From contig OY970303.1 of the NCBI GenBank assembly GCA_963716255.1, forward strand, positions 2,176,001 through 2,240,000: a DNA stretch of 64,000 nt. The letters run 5' to 3'. This stretch comes from an uncultured Gemmatimonadales bacterium (GTDB lineage: Bacteria > Gemmatimonadota > Gemmatimonadetes > Longimicrobiales > Longimicrobiaceae). Made by a program: the position numbers and the translations under genes. This document shows, one piece after another, positions 1-10,250 of this stretch (its first letter is position 1; each line of letters starts with the position of its first letter). The notes beneath the pieces were generated by a model. It did not search any database, had not been told where the DNA came from, and worked only from the letters and a program-made list of their open reading frames with translations.

Positions 1-677
1 TCCAGGCGGAAGCGGACTCCCGCGGCCACGAGCGCGGCGGCCGCACGCAGCAGCGTCCCCTGGTCCTTGACCCGGTTCAGGCTGCCCACGTGCAGGAGCC
101 GCGCGGGCTCGCCGGGGGCGCGGCGGCGGGGAAAGCGCGGCGGCCAGCGGTCCAGCGCGACGCCGTACGGCAGCCGCTCGGCGCGGATCTCCAGCGCCCG
201 GGCCTGCTCCAGCACGAAGGCGCTGGGGACGGTGACGTGGCTCGCCCCGGCCACGGCGAGCCGGACCCAGGCGCGCCCCCGCCGCCGCGCGCGGGCGCCG
301 AAGCCGATGCCGGGCAGGTCGGCGAGGTCGCCGCCGGTGAGGTGCAGGAGCACGGGGACGCCCAGCACCCGCCCGGCGAGGGCGGCCACCGTCCCGGCCG
401 GGGCTGCCCACACGGCGTGCAGCACGTGGAAGGGCGCGCGGCGGTGCTCGGCCAGGAGCTGCGCCAGCACGCGCGGGCGCCGGGGGCGGCGGCCGGCGTT
501 GTGGACCCGGGCGCCGAGCAGATCCCAGCTCCCGGGCTCGGGCTCCTGCGCGAAGGCGAAGACGTGCAGGTCGTGCCCCGCCGCGGCGATGCGCTCGATG
601 AGCCAGAGCAGGCAGGGGATCACGCGGTGCGTGCCGCCGCGGTCCACCCCGCCGGGCACCAGGAGCGCGACCTTCAC
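1..677 (-). CDS. Glycosyltransferase, probably GT4 family (3' end runs off the window)
   Basis: GTG at 677 overlaps the TGA of the upstream gene (GTGA). Reads MKVALLVPGGVDRGGTHRVIPCLLWLIERIAAAGHDLHVFAFAQ..., a GT-B N-terminal-like sequence, in an operon of glycosyltransferases. Confidence 0.7.
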   Translation of the reverse strand, partial: MKVALLVPGGVDRGGTHRVIPCLLWLIERIAAAGHDLHVFAFAQEPEPGSWDLLGARVHNAGRRPRRPRVLAQLLAEHRRAPFHVLHAVWAAPAGTVAALAGRVLGVPVLLHLTGGDLADLPGIGFGARARRRGRAWVRLAVAGASHVTVPSAFVLEQARALEIRAERLPYGVALDRWPPRFPRRRAPGEPARLLHVGSLNRVKDQGTLLRAAAALVAAGVRFRL

Positions 678-1864
678 CGGACCTCCAGCAGCGCCGCGGG
701 GATCGTGGCGGGCGGGACGGCGGGCAGCTGCCGCGTCAGCATGCCCACGACCTCCCGCAGCAGCCCTTCGTGGAAGCGGGGCGTGGCGAACCGCTCGGCG
801 TTGCGGCGCAGCGCGCCCTCGTCCAGGGCCAGGCCGTCCAGGTGCAGGAGGGCGGCGGCCATCGCCGCGGGGCGGGGCTCGGCGAAGAACACGCCCGTGC
901 TGGCCGCCGCCCCGTCCGCCGGACCCTCCGCGACCTCGCCCGCGGCGCCCACCAGCGGCCCCGCCACGCTGTCGAGCAGCCCGCCCGCCGCCAGGGCGAC
1001 GACGGGGGCGCCGGCGGCCTGCGCCTCCACCGCGGTGATCCCGAAGTCCTCCACGCCGGGGACAAGGAAGGCGCGGCAGCGGCTGTACAGCGCCGCCACC
1101 TCCTCGTCGGAGACGCGGCCCAGGAACGCGACCCCCGGCCCGGCGATGCTCCGCAGGCGCGCCATCTCCGGCCCGTCGCCGGCCACCACCAGGCGGCGCC
1201 CCAGGAGCGCGCAGGCGCGGATGGCCAGCTCCACGTGCTTGTAGGGGACCAGCGCGCTCACCACCAGGTAGAAGTCCTCCGGCGCCCGGGGCGAGCGGAA
1301 GCGCTCCACGTCCACCGGTGGGTGGACCACGGCGGCGCCGCGGGCGTAGCTGCGGCGGATGCGGTCGCGCACGCAGCCGGAGTTGGCGACGAACACGTCC
1401 ACCCGGCGGCTGGTGGCGGCGTCCCAGCGGCGCAGCGCGCCCGCGACCGGGAGCGCGAGGCCGCGGAGCAGGCGCCGCCGGCCCCCAGCGAAGTACGCGT
1501 CGAACTGGTCCCACACGTAGCGCATGGGGGTGTGGCAGTAGCACAGGTGCGGCGCGCCGCCCGTGCGCACGGACTTGGCCACGCAGTGGCTGCTGGACAG
1601 CACCAGGTCGAACCCCCGGACGCGCAGCGACTCCACGGCGAGCGGGAAGAGCGGCAGGTAGCCGCGCAGGCCGCGGCGGGCGAAGGGGGCCCGCGCCAGC
1701 GCCGAGGCGTGGATGGGGCGCGCCTCGATCCGGGGGGAGACGGAGCCGGGCACGTGGAGCAGCGTGAAGATCTCGGCGTTGGGGAACAGGTCGAGCATGG
1801 CCTCCAGGACCCGCTCCCCGCCCCGCATTCCCGTGAGCCAGTCGTGCACGATGGCGACGCGCAT
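674..1864 (-). CDS. Glycosyltransferase family 4
   Basis: Starts MRVAIVHDWLTGMRGGERVLE; GT4 motif EDFGITAVEAQAAG; ATG at 1864 coupled to the upstream stop. Confidence 0.92.
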   Translation of the reverse strand: MRVAIVHDWLTGMRGGERVLEAMLDLFPNAEIFTLLHVPGSVSPRIEARPIHASALARAPFARRGLRGYLPLFPLAVESLRVRGFDLVLSSSHCVAKSVRTGGAPHLCYCHTPMRYVWDQFDAYFAGGRRRLLRGLALPVAGALRRWDAATSRRVDVFVANSGCVRDRIRRSYARGAAVVHPPVDVERFRSPRAPEDFYLVVSALVPYKHVELAIRACALLGRRLVVAGDGPEMARLRSIAGPGVAFLGRVSDEEVAALYSRCRAFLVPGVEDFGITAVEAQAAGAPVVALAAGGLLDSVAGPLVGAAGEVAEGPADGAAASTGVFFAEPRPAAMAAALLHLDGLALDEGALRRNAERFATPRFHEGLLREVVGMLTRQLPAVPPATIPAALLEVR

Positions 1865-2946
1865 CACCGCCTCCCGCGCCGGCGCTCGGCCCCGGCGGCC
1901 TCGCAGGCCCCGCGGACCGCGTCCGCCGCCGCGTCCCAGCGGTACCGGGCCGCCACCCCGCCGCCCGCGGTGGCGCCCCGCGGGCCGGCGGCGAGCGGCA
2001 GCAGCGCGTCCACCCAGGCGTCGGGACGGAGCGGGACGATGCGGGCCGCGCCGCCCAGCACCTCCCCGGCGGCCGCGTAGTCGGCCACCACCGCGGGCGT
2101 CCCGCACGCCACGGCCTCCAGCGGGGGGCGGCCGAATCCCTCCGCCAGCGACGGGAAGCAGAGCGCGCTCGCGGCCGTGTACAGGGCGTGCAGCTCCGTG
2201 TCGTCCACGCGCCCCAGCACGCGCACGTCCACGCCGCCGGGCCACCCCTCCGCCGAGGTGAAAAGCCTGGGAGAGGGCCGGCCCACCACCACCAGCGGCG
2301 GCGGCTCCGCGCCCCGCTCCCGCCAGCGGCGCAGGACCCGGCCCAGGAAGGGCAGGTTCTTGCGCGGGTCCCCGGCGCCCACCGTCAGCAGGAAGGGGCC
2401 GGGGAGGCCGCGCCGCGCGCGCACCTCCGCCACCGCGTCCGGCGCGGCCGGAGCGTGGAAGGGGTCCAGCCCCTGGGGAGCCACCACGACCCGCTCCGCC
2501 GGCACCCCCAGGGTGCGGACGATCTCCCGCCGGGCCCACTCCGAGACGGTGACCACCCGCCCGGCCCGCGGCGCCGCGCGGCGCAGCACAACGCCCCGCC
2601 ACACGCGGAAGCCCAGGGCGAACCAGCGCGGGTGCGTGAGGGGGAGGACGTCGTGCACCACCAGGACGTCGCCCGAGGCGCCCAGCGGCGCGGTGCCCGC
2701 CATGTGCAGCACGGTGTCGCACCCGGCCCGGCGCGCCAGTCCGGGGAGCTCCAGCTGCTCCCAGGCGTGCCCCGCCAGCCGCCCCCGCACCACCCGTGCG
2801 CCCGGGGGGAGGTCGCGCGGCGGCTCCACGCCGGCCGGGAGGAAGAGCGTCGCGTCGGCGAGGAGCCGCGACGCCACCTCCAGCGCGAAGCGCTGCACGC
2901 CGGTCACGCGGGCCGCGTAGAAGCGCCCGTTCACGCCGAGCTTCAT
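1864..2946 (-). CDS. Glycosyltransferase family 4 (mannosyltransferase-like)
   Basis: Starts MKLGVNGRFYAARVTGVQRFA; contains PRKNL and FPSLAEGFGRPPLEAVACG. Confidence 0.92.
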   Translation of the reverse strand: MKLGVNGRFYAARVTGVQRFALEVASRLLADATLFLPAGVEPPRDLPPGARVVRGRLAGHAWEQLELPGLARRAGCDTVLHMAGTAPLGASGDVLVVHDVLPLTHPRWFALGFRVWRGVVLRRAAPRAGRVVTVSEWARREIVRTLGVPAERVVVAPQGLDPFHAPAAPDAVAEVRARRGLPGPFLLTVGAGDPRKNLPFLGRVLRRWRERGAEPPPLVVVGRPSPRLFTSAEGWPGGVDVRVLGRVDDTELHALYTAASALCFPSLAEGFGRPPLEAVACGTPAVVADYAAAGEVLGGAARIVPLRPDAWVDALLPLAAGPRGATAGGGVAARYRWDAAADAVRGACEAAGAERRRGRR

Positions 2947-2983
2947 GCCGGCCTCGAACGGAACGGATTGAACTTCCGGATTC

Positions 2984-3027
2984 GGGCGTGCCCCCGGCGG
3001 GCGCCGGGGTCGGGCTTCGGCTCCGTA
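2984..3027 (-). repeat. Partial (3' part) copy of the ~150-bp structured intergenic repeat
   Basis: GGGCGTGCCCCCGGCGGGCGCCGGGGTCGGGCTTCGGCTCCGTAG is nearly identical to 12011-12055. Confidence 0.9.
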
Positions 3028-3046
3028 GGAGGGGGTCCGCCGCGCG

Positions 3047-4423
3047 TCATGCCTCCTCCCCGGGGGCGGGCGCAAAGCCCAGCGCCAGCAGCAGCACCAC
3101 CGTCTCGCCGGTGCCGTGGGCGAAGGGCCAGGTCCCCAGCGACGCGACGGCCAGCGTGGCGAAGGAGCAGAGGAGGGCGAGGCGCAGGCTCCGCGCGGAC
3201 GCCGCGGCGGGCCGGCGCGCGGCGCGCAGCAGGACGCGCAGGCACGCCCCCAGGAAGGCGAGGAAGGCGAGCAGCCCCACGATCCCCGTCTCCGCGGCCA
3301 TCTGCACGTAGGCGTTGTGCGGGGTGGCCTGGTAGTCCCACAGCGTGGTGACCCGGGCCGCGTAGGTCACCACCTGGCCGGCGAAGCCGCCGGGGCCCAC
3401 GCCCAGGACCGGGTGGTCCAGGAACATCTGCACGGCGGTGAGGAAGAGAGCCGCGCGCTGCTCCACCACCCAGTCGCCGACGGTGCGGACGGCGGTGTCG
3501 CTCAGCATCCCCCCGGACCCGGCCTCCACCAGCACGGCGCCCGCCGCCAGCGCGAGCCCCACGCGGAGCGCCGTCCGGGCGTGCCCGGCCAGCGCCATCG
3601 CCGCGACGGCTGCCAGCACGGCCACCCAGCTGGCGCGCGAAAAGGTGGCGACCACCCCCAGCCCCGTGGCGGCCACGGCGATTCCCGCCGCGAAGCGCGC
3701 GAATCCCCGCGACGCCGCCCAGCGGTGCGCCGCCAGGGGAAGGAGCGTCGCCAGGAAGAGCCCCAGCCCGTTGGGCTGGCCGAAGCCCAGGGAGGCGCGG
3801 TGAAAGGGAGTCCCCCAGCGCGGGAAGCTGCCGGGGATCACGCCCACCGCCTGCAGGACCGCCAGAGCGCCGCACGCGCCGGCGATGGCCACCAGCACGT
3901 CCACCAGCGCGCGGCCCAGCGCCGGCCGCTCCGCCAGCTCGTCCGTGCAGGCCACCAGCAGCCACAGCAGCACGGCGAAGTTGAGCGTTTCGCGCGCCGA
4001 AAGGAGCACGTCGTCCGCGAAGGCGGTCGCCAGGACGAACGCGCCCAGCAGGAGCCCGAGCTCGCGGCGGGGGAGGAGCCCCGTGCGGAGCGGCGCGCGG
4101 TCCAGGCCGCGGCGGATCGTCCAGGCGAGCACCGCGCCGGCCGCCACGGGCGCCGCCGCGGCGATGCGCGTGTCCCCCGCGGCGTAGAGCGCGGGGAGCG
4201 GCGCGGCCAGGGCGACGACCAGCGCGGGGCTGAGCAGCCCCGCCGCCATCAGCAGCACCAGGGCGGCCCCGGCGATCCCGCCCCCCGCCAGCCCCAGCAC
4301 GGGCGCGCCCCCGGCCGCGCCCGCCAGGGCGAGCGTCGTCCCCGCGGCGAGCGCGCCGGTGGCCACGAGCGCGAGCGCGATGTCCGCGTCCAGCCGGGCG
4401 GGGCCGGCGAGCGCCGCCCTCAC
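3047..4423 (-). CDS. O-antigen ligase / Wzy polymerase family membrane protein
   Basis: Many hydrophobic segments; motifs GQPNGLG, TFSRASW, HPVLGVGPGGF and PHNAYVQMAAETGIVG; GTG at 4423 overlaps the upstream TGA. Confidence 0.88.
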   Translation of the reverse strand: MRAALAGPARLDADIALALVATGALAAGTTLALAGAAGGAPVLGLAGGGIAGAALVLLMAAGLLSPALVVALAAPLPALYAAGDTRIAAAAPVAAGAVLAWTIRRGLDRAPLRTGLLPRRELGLLLGAFVLATAFADDVLLSARETLNFAVLLWLLVACTDELAERPALGRALVDVLVAIAGACGALAVLQAVGVIPGSFPRWGTPFHRASLGFGQPNGLGLFLATLLPLAAHRWAASRGFARFAAGIAVAATGLGVVATFSRASWVAVLAAVAAMALAGHARTALRVGLALAAGAVLVEAGSGGMLSDTAVRTVGDWVVEQRAALFLTAVQMFLDHPVLGVGPGGFAGQVVTYAARVTTLWDYQATPHNAYVQMAAETGIVGLLAFLAFLGACLRVLLRAARRPAAASARSLRLALLCSFATLAVASLGTWPFAHGTGETVVLLLALGFAPAPGEEA

Positions 4424-5538
4424 GACGCCCTCCCGGCCAGGAGCTCGCCGTAGAAGCGCAGCGTGTCCGCGGCCACGCGCGCCTGCGTGAAACAGCGGAG
4501 CACGCGCTCCCGCCCGCGCCGGGCGAGCCGCGCGCGGGCGTCGGCGTCGGCGGCCAGGCGCTCCAGCGCGTCCCGGAGCGCGGCCGCATCCCCCTCGGGG
4601 ACCAGCACGCCCGCGTCGCCCACCACGTGGGGGATCTCGCCGGAGCGCGAGGCGACCACGGGGACGCCGCACGCCATGGCCTCCACCAGGATGCGGCCGA
4701 ACTGCTCGGCCCACCCCCGGGTGGCGAGCGAGGGGAGGGCGAGCGCGTCCAGCGCGCCCAGCCACGCCGGCATCTCCGTGGAGGCCACCCGGCCGCGGAA
4801 CCGCACCCGCTCCGCCGCGCCCAGCTCCCGGGCGAGCGCCGCCAGGCCCGTGCGCTCCGGCCCGTCTCCCGAGACCACCAGCCGCACGCCGGGGAGCGCC
4901 GCCACGGCCCTCACCAGCAGCCGCACCCCCTTCTCCGGCACCAGCCGCCCCCCGAAGCCCACCAGGAACTCGTCCGGAGCGACATCCATCCGCTCGCGGG
5001 CGCAGAGGCGCGCCGCGGGGTCGGGGCGGAAGCGGTCCGCGTCCACGCCGAACTGCGGGACCACCACCAGCGGCCTGCGGTACCCGCCGTCCTCCAGCAC
5101 GCGGGCGGCGGCGGGCGTCCCCGCGATCCCCCCGGCGACGGAGCGGAAGACGCACCGCTGCAGGATCCCGAAGGGCGGGGGGAGGCGCTTGTGCAGGTTC
5201 TGCCAGGCGAAGAACAGCGAGGGGATGCCGCGCCGCCGGCAGAGCCGCGCCGCCTGGAGCGTCACCAGGCTGTAGGGTTCCTCGTCGATGTGGACCAGGT
5301 CCGGGCGCACCCGGTCCAGGACCCCGCCCAGCCCGGGGTAGACGTGGAAGTGGTTGTGGCCGTGGAGCAGGGAGCGCCGGAACTCCAGCGCGCCGCCCTC
5401 CGCGTCCGCGGCCTCCACCCGCTGCAGGCCCCACCGGTCCGGCACCACGGCCACCACCTCCGCGCCGCGGGCCAGCTCGGCCAGCTTGGTGCGGTACTCC
5501 GCCACCACCAGCGCCTTGGAAAGGTACAGGACCCTCAT
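4420..5538 (-). CDS. Glycosyltransferase family 4
   Basis: Starts MRVLYLSKAL; contains GRLVPEKG and EQFGRILVEAMACGVPVV. Confidence 0.92.
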   Translation of the reverse strand: MRVLYLSKALVVAEYRTKLAELARGAEVVAVVPDRWGLQRVEAADAEGGALEFRRSLLHGHNHFHVYPGLGGVLDRVRPDLVHIDEEPYSLVTLQAARLCRRRGIPSLFFAWQNLHKRLPPPFGILQRCVFRSVAGGIAGTPAAARVLEDGGYRRPLVVVPQFGVDADRFRPDPAARLCARERMDVAPDEFLVGFGGRLVPEKGVRLLVRAVAALPGVRLVVSGDGPERTGLAALARELGAAERVRFRGRVASTEMPAWLGALDALALPSLATRGWAEQFGRILVEAMACGVPVVASRSGEIPHVVGDAGVLVPEGDAAALRDALERLAADADARARLARRGRERVLRCFTQARVAADTLRFYGELLAGRAS

Positions 5539-6782
5539 GGGGCGCTCCGCGCGCGCAGCAGGAGCACCAGCCCGATGGCCAGCGCGCTCTCCGCGGCCAG
5601 CGAGACCACCGCCGCGCCCGGCGCGCCCCAGCGGGGGATCGCGGCCAGGTTCAGCCCCACGGCGAGCCCGGTGGCCGCCAGGTAGAGCAGGGCGGCGCCC
5701 CGCATGGCGTCGGCGGCGGCGAGCGCGGCCAGCGCGAACATGTTCACGGCCAGGGGGACCACGGCCGGGGCGAGCAGCGCGAGCACGGGGGCGGAGGCGG
5801 CGTAGCCGGGGCCGTACAGCCCCTGGAGGATGGGCACGCGCAGCGCGAAGAGCACCAGGGCCACGGGCGCCGCCGCCGCCGCGAAGCCCACCGCGAGGCG
5901 CAGGACGTCGCCGCGGCGGGCGGCGCCGCCCCGCGACAGCCGCGGGAGGAGCGCCCCGGCCCCGGCCAGCGCCAGCGCCTGGACCACGTCCATGAAGCGG
6001 AGGGCGGCGCCGTAGAGCCCCACCTCCTCCGGGGACCGCCAGCGGGCGAGGAGGAGCACGTCCGCCCGGTAGTAGAGGGTGGTGGCGAGAAAGGCCACGG
6101 CGAAGGGGGCCAGCTTCCGGAGGAGCCCGGCCACGGCGGCGGCGGAGGGGAGCGGGGGACGCCGCACCGCCGGCGGGGCGCACCGCAGCAGCCAGAGCAG
6201 CGCCGCCGCCTGCCCCAGCGGGGCCGCGGCGCACAGCCACGGCAGCTGCCGCGTGGCGACCACCGCGGCGACCCCGGCCGCGCCCGTGACGATCCCCGCC
6301 AGCGCGCTGGCCTGCGTCCACACGTGCATCCGCTCCACGCCCTGGAAGTACGCCGCCAGGTTCTCCGCGAAGGCGCCGACACCGTATCCCGCGGCCAGGA
6401 GCGCCGCGGCGGCGAGCACGGGCGCGGGAAAGCCCAGGAGCGGCCCCGCCGCGGCCAGGACCACGGCCATCAGCGCCACCGTGCCCGCCTTCGCCAGGTG
6501 CGCCGCCGCCACCAGCCGCGGCGCCCCGTGGGGCTCCCGCGCGACCTCGCGAACCAGCAGCGGCTGCATCCCCGCCGTCGCCAGGATGCTCGCCACCACC
6601 GCCACCGCGCCCGCGGTGGCGTAGCGCCCGAACTCCGCGGCGCCCAGGACGCGGGCCGCCGCCACGGCGGCGAGCAGGGTGAAGGAGCGCGGGATGGCGT
6701 ACGCAAGCACCAGCGACGCCGCGTTGGCGGCGAGTAGCGCCCGTCCCGGGGCCACCCGGCCGGCGAGCAGGGTCGCGGGCAC
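5535..6782 (-). CDS. Oligosaccharide flippase (Wzx/MATE-like)
   Basis: Highly hydrophobic 415 aa; AARVLGAAEFGRY and YYRADVLLL...EVGLYGAA are typical of Wzx flippases. Confidence 0.88.
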   Translation of the reverse strand: MPATLLAGRVAPGRALLAANAASLVLAYAIPRSFTLLAAVAAARVLGAAEFGRYATAGAVAVVASILATAGMQPLLVREVAREPHGAPRLVAAAHLAKAGTVALMAVVLAAAGPLLGFPAPVLAAAALLAAGYGVGAFAENLAAYFQGVERMHVWTQASALAGIVTGAAGVAAVVATRQLPWLCAAAPLGQAAALLWLLRCAPPAVRRPPLPSAAAVAGLLRKLAPFAVAFLATTLYYRADVLLLARWRSPEEVGLYGAALRFMDVVQALALAGAGALLPRLSRGGAARRGDVLRLAVGFAAAAAPVALVLFALRVPILQGLYGPGYAASAPVLALLAPAVVPLAVNMFALAALAAADAMRGAALLYLAATGLAVGLNLAAIPRWGAPGAAVVSLAAESALAIGLVLLLRARSAP

Positions 6783-6785
6783 GCC

Positions 6786-7445
6786 TCAGTCCTCCTGGCC
6801 GCGCAGCACCACCGGCACCGAGCGCAGCAGGATCCGCAGGTCCTGCCCGGCGGAGCGGGTGCGCAGGTACGCCAGCTCCAGGCGCGCCCGCTCCGGGTAC
6901 GGCGGGCGGCGGCGCCCCCGGCTGGTCCACGCCCCGAAGATTCCCGGCGGCGCGGCCAGCAGCTCCTCCACCCCCTCGCCGTAGTGGACCAGCTCGGGCT
7001 CCACCACGGGGCGCGGCCCCACCAGCGACATGGTGCCGGCCAGCACGTTGAACAGCTGGGGGAGCTCGTCCACGTGGGTGCGGCGCAGCCACCGCCCCAC
7101 CGGGGTGACGCGCGGGTCCTCGCCCACGCGCAGCTTGAAGCCGTTGCGGGAGTGGCGCTCCCGGAGCCCGGGGTCCGACTCCAGCCACATCTCGGCGCCG
7201 GGAGTCATGGTGCGCAGCTTCCAGCAGCGGAACGGCCGGCCGCCCACCCCCACGCGGCGGTGCCCGAACAGCACCGGCCGCCCGGACCCGGCCAGCACCA
7301 GGAGCGCGCCCAGGAGCAGGAGCGGCAGGGTGAGCAGGAGGAGGATCCCCGCGCCAAGCACGTCCACGGCGCGCCGGAAGCGGCGCGCCGGAGGGGGGAC
7401 GGCCGGCAGCGGCAGCGTCGGCGGCTGCGCCAGGTTCACCGCCAT
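6786..7445 (-). CDS. Priming sugar transferase (polyprenyl glycosylphosphotransferase domain)
   Basis: Motifs FRCWKLRTM, DPRVTPVGRWLRRTHVDELPQLFNVLAGTMSLVGPRP. Confidence 0.93.
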   Translation of the reverse strand: MAVNLAQPPTLPLPAVPPPARRFRRAVDVLGAGILLLLTLPLLLLGALLVLAGSGRPVLFGHRRVGVGGRPFRCWKLRTMTPGAEMWLESDPGLRERHSRNGFKLRVGEDPRVTPVGRWLRRTHVDELPQLFNVLAGTMSLVGPRPVVEPELVHYGEGVEELLAAPPGIFGAWTSRGRRRPPYPERARLELAYLRTRSAGQDLRILLRSVPVVLRGQED

Positions 7446-9529
7446 GCCTGCTCCGCGGCGCGGGGATCGGACGCGATCACCACCACGCCCGCGGGCCGGA
7501 CGCCCGCCTCGCGCAGGAGCGCGGCGGCGCGCGCCGCGTGCTCGCGGCGGGTGGCGCCGTGGCGCACCACCAGCAGCACCTCCGCCCCGCCCTCCGCGGC
7601 CTCCGCCAGCTCGGCGGCGGCGGCGTAGCGGTCCAGCACGGGCCCCGCCTCCACCGCCGGGCGGGCCCGCGCGTCCCCGGTCTCCGTGTCCGCCTCCTCC
7701 CCCGCCCCCACCCGCGCCGCCGCGGGCACGGGCGGCGCGGGCACGGGTGCCAGCGCGCGGGCAGCCGCGTCGGCGGCGGCCGCGGCGAGGTCGTCCACCG
7801 GGGCCAGGAGCAGCGGGCCCGGCGCCCCGCCCCCGCCGCGCCGCCGCAGGATCGCCCGGCGCTCCGCGGGGGAAAGCCGCACTCCGCCCGCGGCGTCGGC
7901 GAGGAGCACGGCGAGCACCGGCGCGCCCGTCAGCCCGCGCAGCTCGGCGGCGCCGCGCACCGAGCCGTCGGCCCGCTCGGCGAGCGCCATCCCCAGCGCC
8001 CCGAAGGCCACGGCCAGCAGCAGCCCCACGCCCAGCCCCAGCGTCCTGCGGGGCCACACCGGCTTGAACAGGACCTCGGGCGGGTCCACCACCTGCACCG
8101 TGGCGAACGACACCGCGCCGCGCAGCGACTCCTGCCGGAGCCGCTGGTCGGTGAACAGGTACACCTCCGAGAGCTGGCGCAGCGTGCGCTGGCGGCGCCC
8201 CAGCTCGATGGCCTCGCCCGGGGCGCGGGCGAGCGTGGCGTCCAGGGCCCCGCGCTGCGCCTCCAGGAGCCGCACCTCGTCCGCCACGCCGTCACGGTAC
8301 TGGCGCACCAGGGAGCGCAGCGAGGCGTCCAGGTAGGCGATCTGGCGCTCCAGCGCCTGCACCTGCCGGTCCTCGCCGGTGCGCCGCCCGGCCAGCTCCA
8401 GGCGCGCCTGCTCCAGCTTCACCAGGCTCCCCAGGAGCTCCCCGAGCGTGCGGTTCTCCAGGAAGGTGGGATGGGCGATGAGGCCCGCCCACGCCGCCGC
8501 CGGGTCGGACACCCGGGCGAGCCGCGCGAGGACGTCGTCCGTCCGCACCCGCTCCGTGCGCGCCCGCTCCAGCGCCGCGGCCACCTCCGCCTGCCGCTCC
8601 ACGTAGGCCTCGCCCTGCGCCTGGGGCGCCACCAGGCGGGCGTCGCGCTGGAAGCGCTCCATGGCGTCCTCCACCCCCCGCAGCTCGCGCAGCGTCGCGG
8701 CCGCCACGGCGCGCAGCGAATCGGTGGTCTCGCCGCTCTCGCGCCGCTGCAGCTCGCCGCGCAGGGCGGCGTAGCGCCGGGCCGCCGAGCGCACCACCTC
8801 CAGCGCCAGGCCGGGGTCGGGATCGTCGTAGGAGACGCGCACCAGGTTGGCCTCGCGCCGCTTGCGCTCCGCCCCCAGCCGCGCCGCCGTCCGGCGCACC
8901 GCGTCGCCGAAGGCGACGGTCCGCAGCCGGACGGTTTCGGGCGCGCCCGCCCGCCGCGGCCGGAAGGTCGCCGTCACCCCGCCGAAGCTCGCCGCGCGCC
9001 CCGGCGCGAAGTCGCCCACCCGCGCGTCCGTGGGCGCCGTCCGGCGCACCCGCACGCGCCCGTCCGGCAGCCACGTCGCCTCGAAGACCGCCCTGTCCGT
9101 CCCGCGGCCGGCGTCCAGCCGGGCGAACAGCGAGTCGCGGTGCCACCCCCGCGGCGCGTCCAGGGAAACGGCCAGCGCGGCGTCGTCCACCACACCTTCT
9201 ACGACGGTGCGGCTGGCCAGCAGTTCCAGCTCGTTGGCGAACGGGTCGCCCGTCATCTGCTGGAAGAGCGAGAACATCCCCGCCGGGGAGCCGCTCCCGG
9301 CGCCCAGCGACACCCCGCCCACCGGCGCCGGGGCGCCCAGGCGGAGCGACGCCTCCGCCCGCCACACCGGGCGCGCCAGGAGCACCAGCGCGGCGGCAAG
9401 CCCCGCCACCCCCAGGAAGAGGCCCGCGCCCACCGGCCAGCGGCGGCGCAGCGCGGCCGACCACGTGGCCACCACGCCGGGCGCCGGCGGCGCCGGCGGG
9501 AACAGCGACACGCTCGGCCTGCGGCTCAT
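7436..9529 (-). CDS. GumC/Wzz-Wzc family polysaccharide chain-length determinant
   Basis: N-terminal TM segment, ELELLASRTVV, coiled-coil region, VVDPPEVLFKPVWPR followed by a second TM, and a degenerate C-terminal kinase-like tail. Confidence 0.85.
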   Translation of the reverse strand: MSRRPSVSLFPPAPPAPGVVATWSAALRRRWPVGAGLFLGVAGLAAALVLLARPVWRAEASLRLGAPAPVGGVSLGAGSGSPAGMFSLFQQMTGDPFANELELLASRTVVEGVVDDAALAVSLDAPRGWHRDSLFARLDAGRGTDRAVFEATWLPDGRVRVRRTAPTDARVGDFAPGRAASFGGVTATFRPRRAGAPETVRLRTVAFGDAVRRTAARLGAERKRREANLVRVSYDDPDPGLALEVVRSAARRYAALRGELQRRESGETTDSLRAVAAATLRELRGVEDAMERFQRDARLVAPQAQGEAYVERQAEVAAALERARTERVRTDDVLARLARVSDPAAAWAGLIAHPTFLENRTLGELLGSLVKLEQARLELAGRRTGEDRQVQALERQIAYLDASLRSLVRQYRDGVADEVRLLEAQRGALDATLARAPGEAIELGRRQRTLRQLSEVYLFTDQRLRQESLRGAVSFATVQVVDPPEVLFKPVWPRRTLGLGVGLLLAVAFGALGMALAERADGSVRGAAELRGLTGAPVLAVLLADAAGGVRLSPAERRAILRRRGGGGAPGPLLLAPVDDLAAAAADAAARALAPVPAPPVPAAARVGAGEEADTETGDARARPAVEAGPVLDRYAAAAELAEAAEGGAEVLLVVRHGATRREHAARAAALLREAGVRPAGVVVIASDPRAAEQAWR

Positions 9530-10143
9530 CGGACCACCACGCCGGTGATCGCGGCGGCCAGCACCGAGGCGCCGGCCCCCACCACCACGGGAAGGTTTTC
9601 CCGCAGCCAGCCGCGCGGGCCCACGACGATCTGGTCGCCCGAGAGGAGCTGCTGCGCCAGCGCCGGCCCGCCCGGGGCCAGGCGCATGCGCGTGGTGCGC
9701 CCGTCCCGCACCAGCGACACGCGCCCGGGGCTCCCCGTGGGCGCGATCCCCCCGGCCCGCGCCAGCACCTCGGCGATCTTCTCGGTGGGGTCCACGGGGA
9801 ACAGCCCCGGCTGGCGCACCTCGCCGAGCACCGCGACCCGCACCAGCGGCACCAGCACCACCTCCCGGTCCACCACCAGGCGGGCGTAGCGCGCGCGGGC
9901 CTCCCGCTCCACCTCGCCGAAGGGGCGGCCGGCCACGTCCACCAGGCCGATTTCCGGGAGGAGCACCCGGCCCGGCTCCACCACCGGGAACTCGCCGCTC
10001 AGCGCCGGCTCGTCCTGCACCGCGAGGCGCACGGCGTCGCCGGGGCGCAGGCGCAGCTCGGCGGTGGCGGTGGACGCCTGCGCGGCGGCCGGGGCGGCGC
10101 AGGCGAGGAGGAGCGACGCGGCGAGGCGGAGGATCCGGTCCAT
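9526..10143 (-). CDS. Polysaccharide biosynthesis/export protein (Poly_export + SLBB)
   Basis: Signal-peptide-like N-terminus; LRPGDAVRL, VAVLGEVRQPG, LARAGG, LLSGDQIVV. Confidence 0.85.
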   Translation of the reverse strand: MDRILRLAASLLLACAAPAAAQASTATAELRLRPGDAVRLAVQDEPALSGEFPVVEPGRVLLPEIGLVDVAGRPFGEVEREARARYARLVVDREVVLVPLVRVAVLGEVRQPGLFPVDPTEKIAEVLARAGGIAPTGSPGRVSLVRDGRTTRMRLAPGGPALAQQLLSGDQIVVGPRGWLRENLPVVVGAGASVLAAAITGVVVR

Positions 10144-10250
10144 GGGGGGTCTCGGTGCCGGGCGTGGGAGAGCGGGCCGTCCAGCCAATCCGCGCAGGGC
10201 CGGGCCCGGTTCCCGGGAACGATGCGCCGCCCGGACGGATTGGCGGGGGC

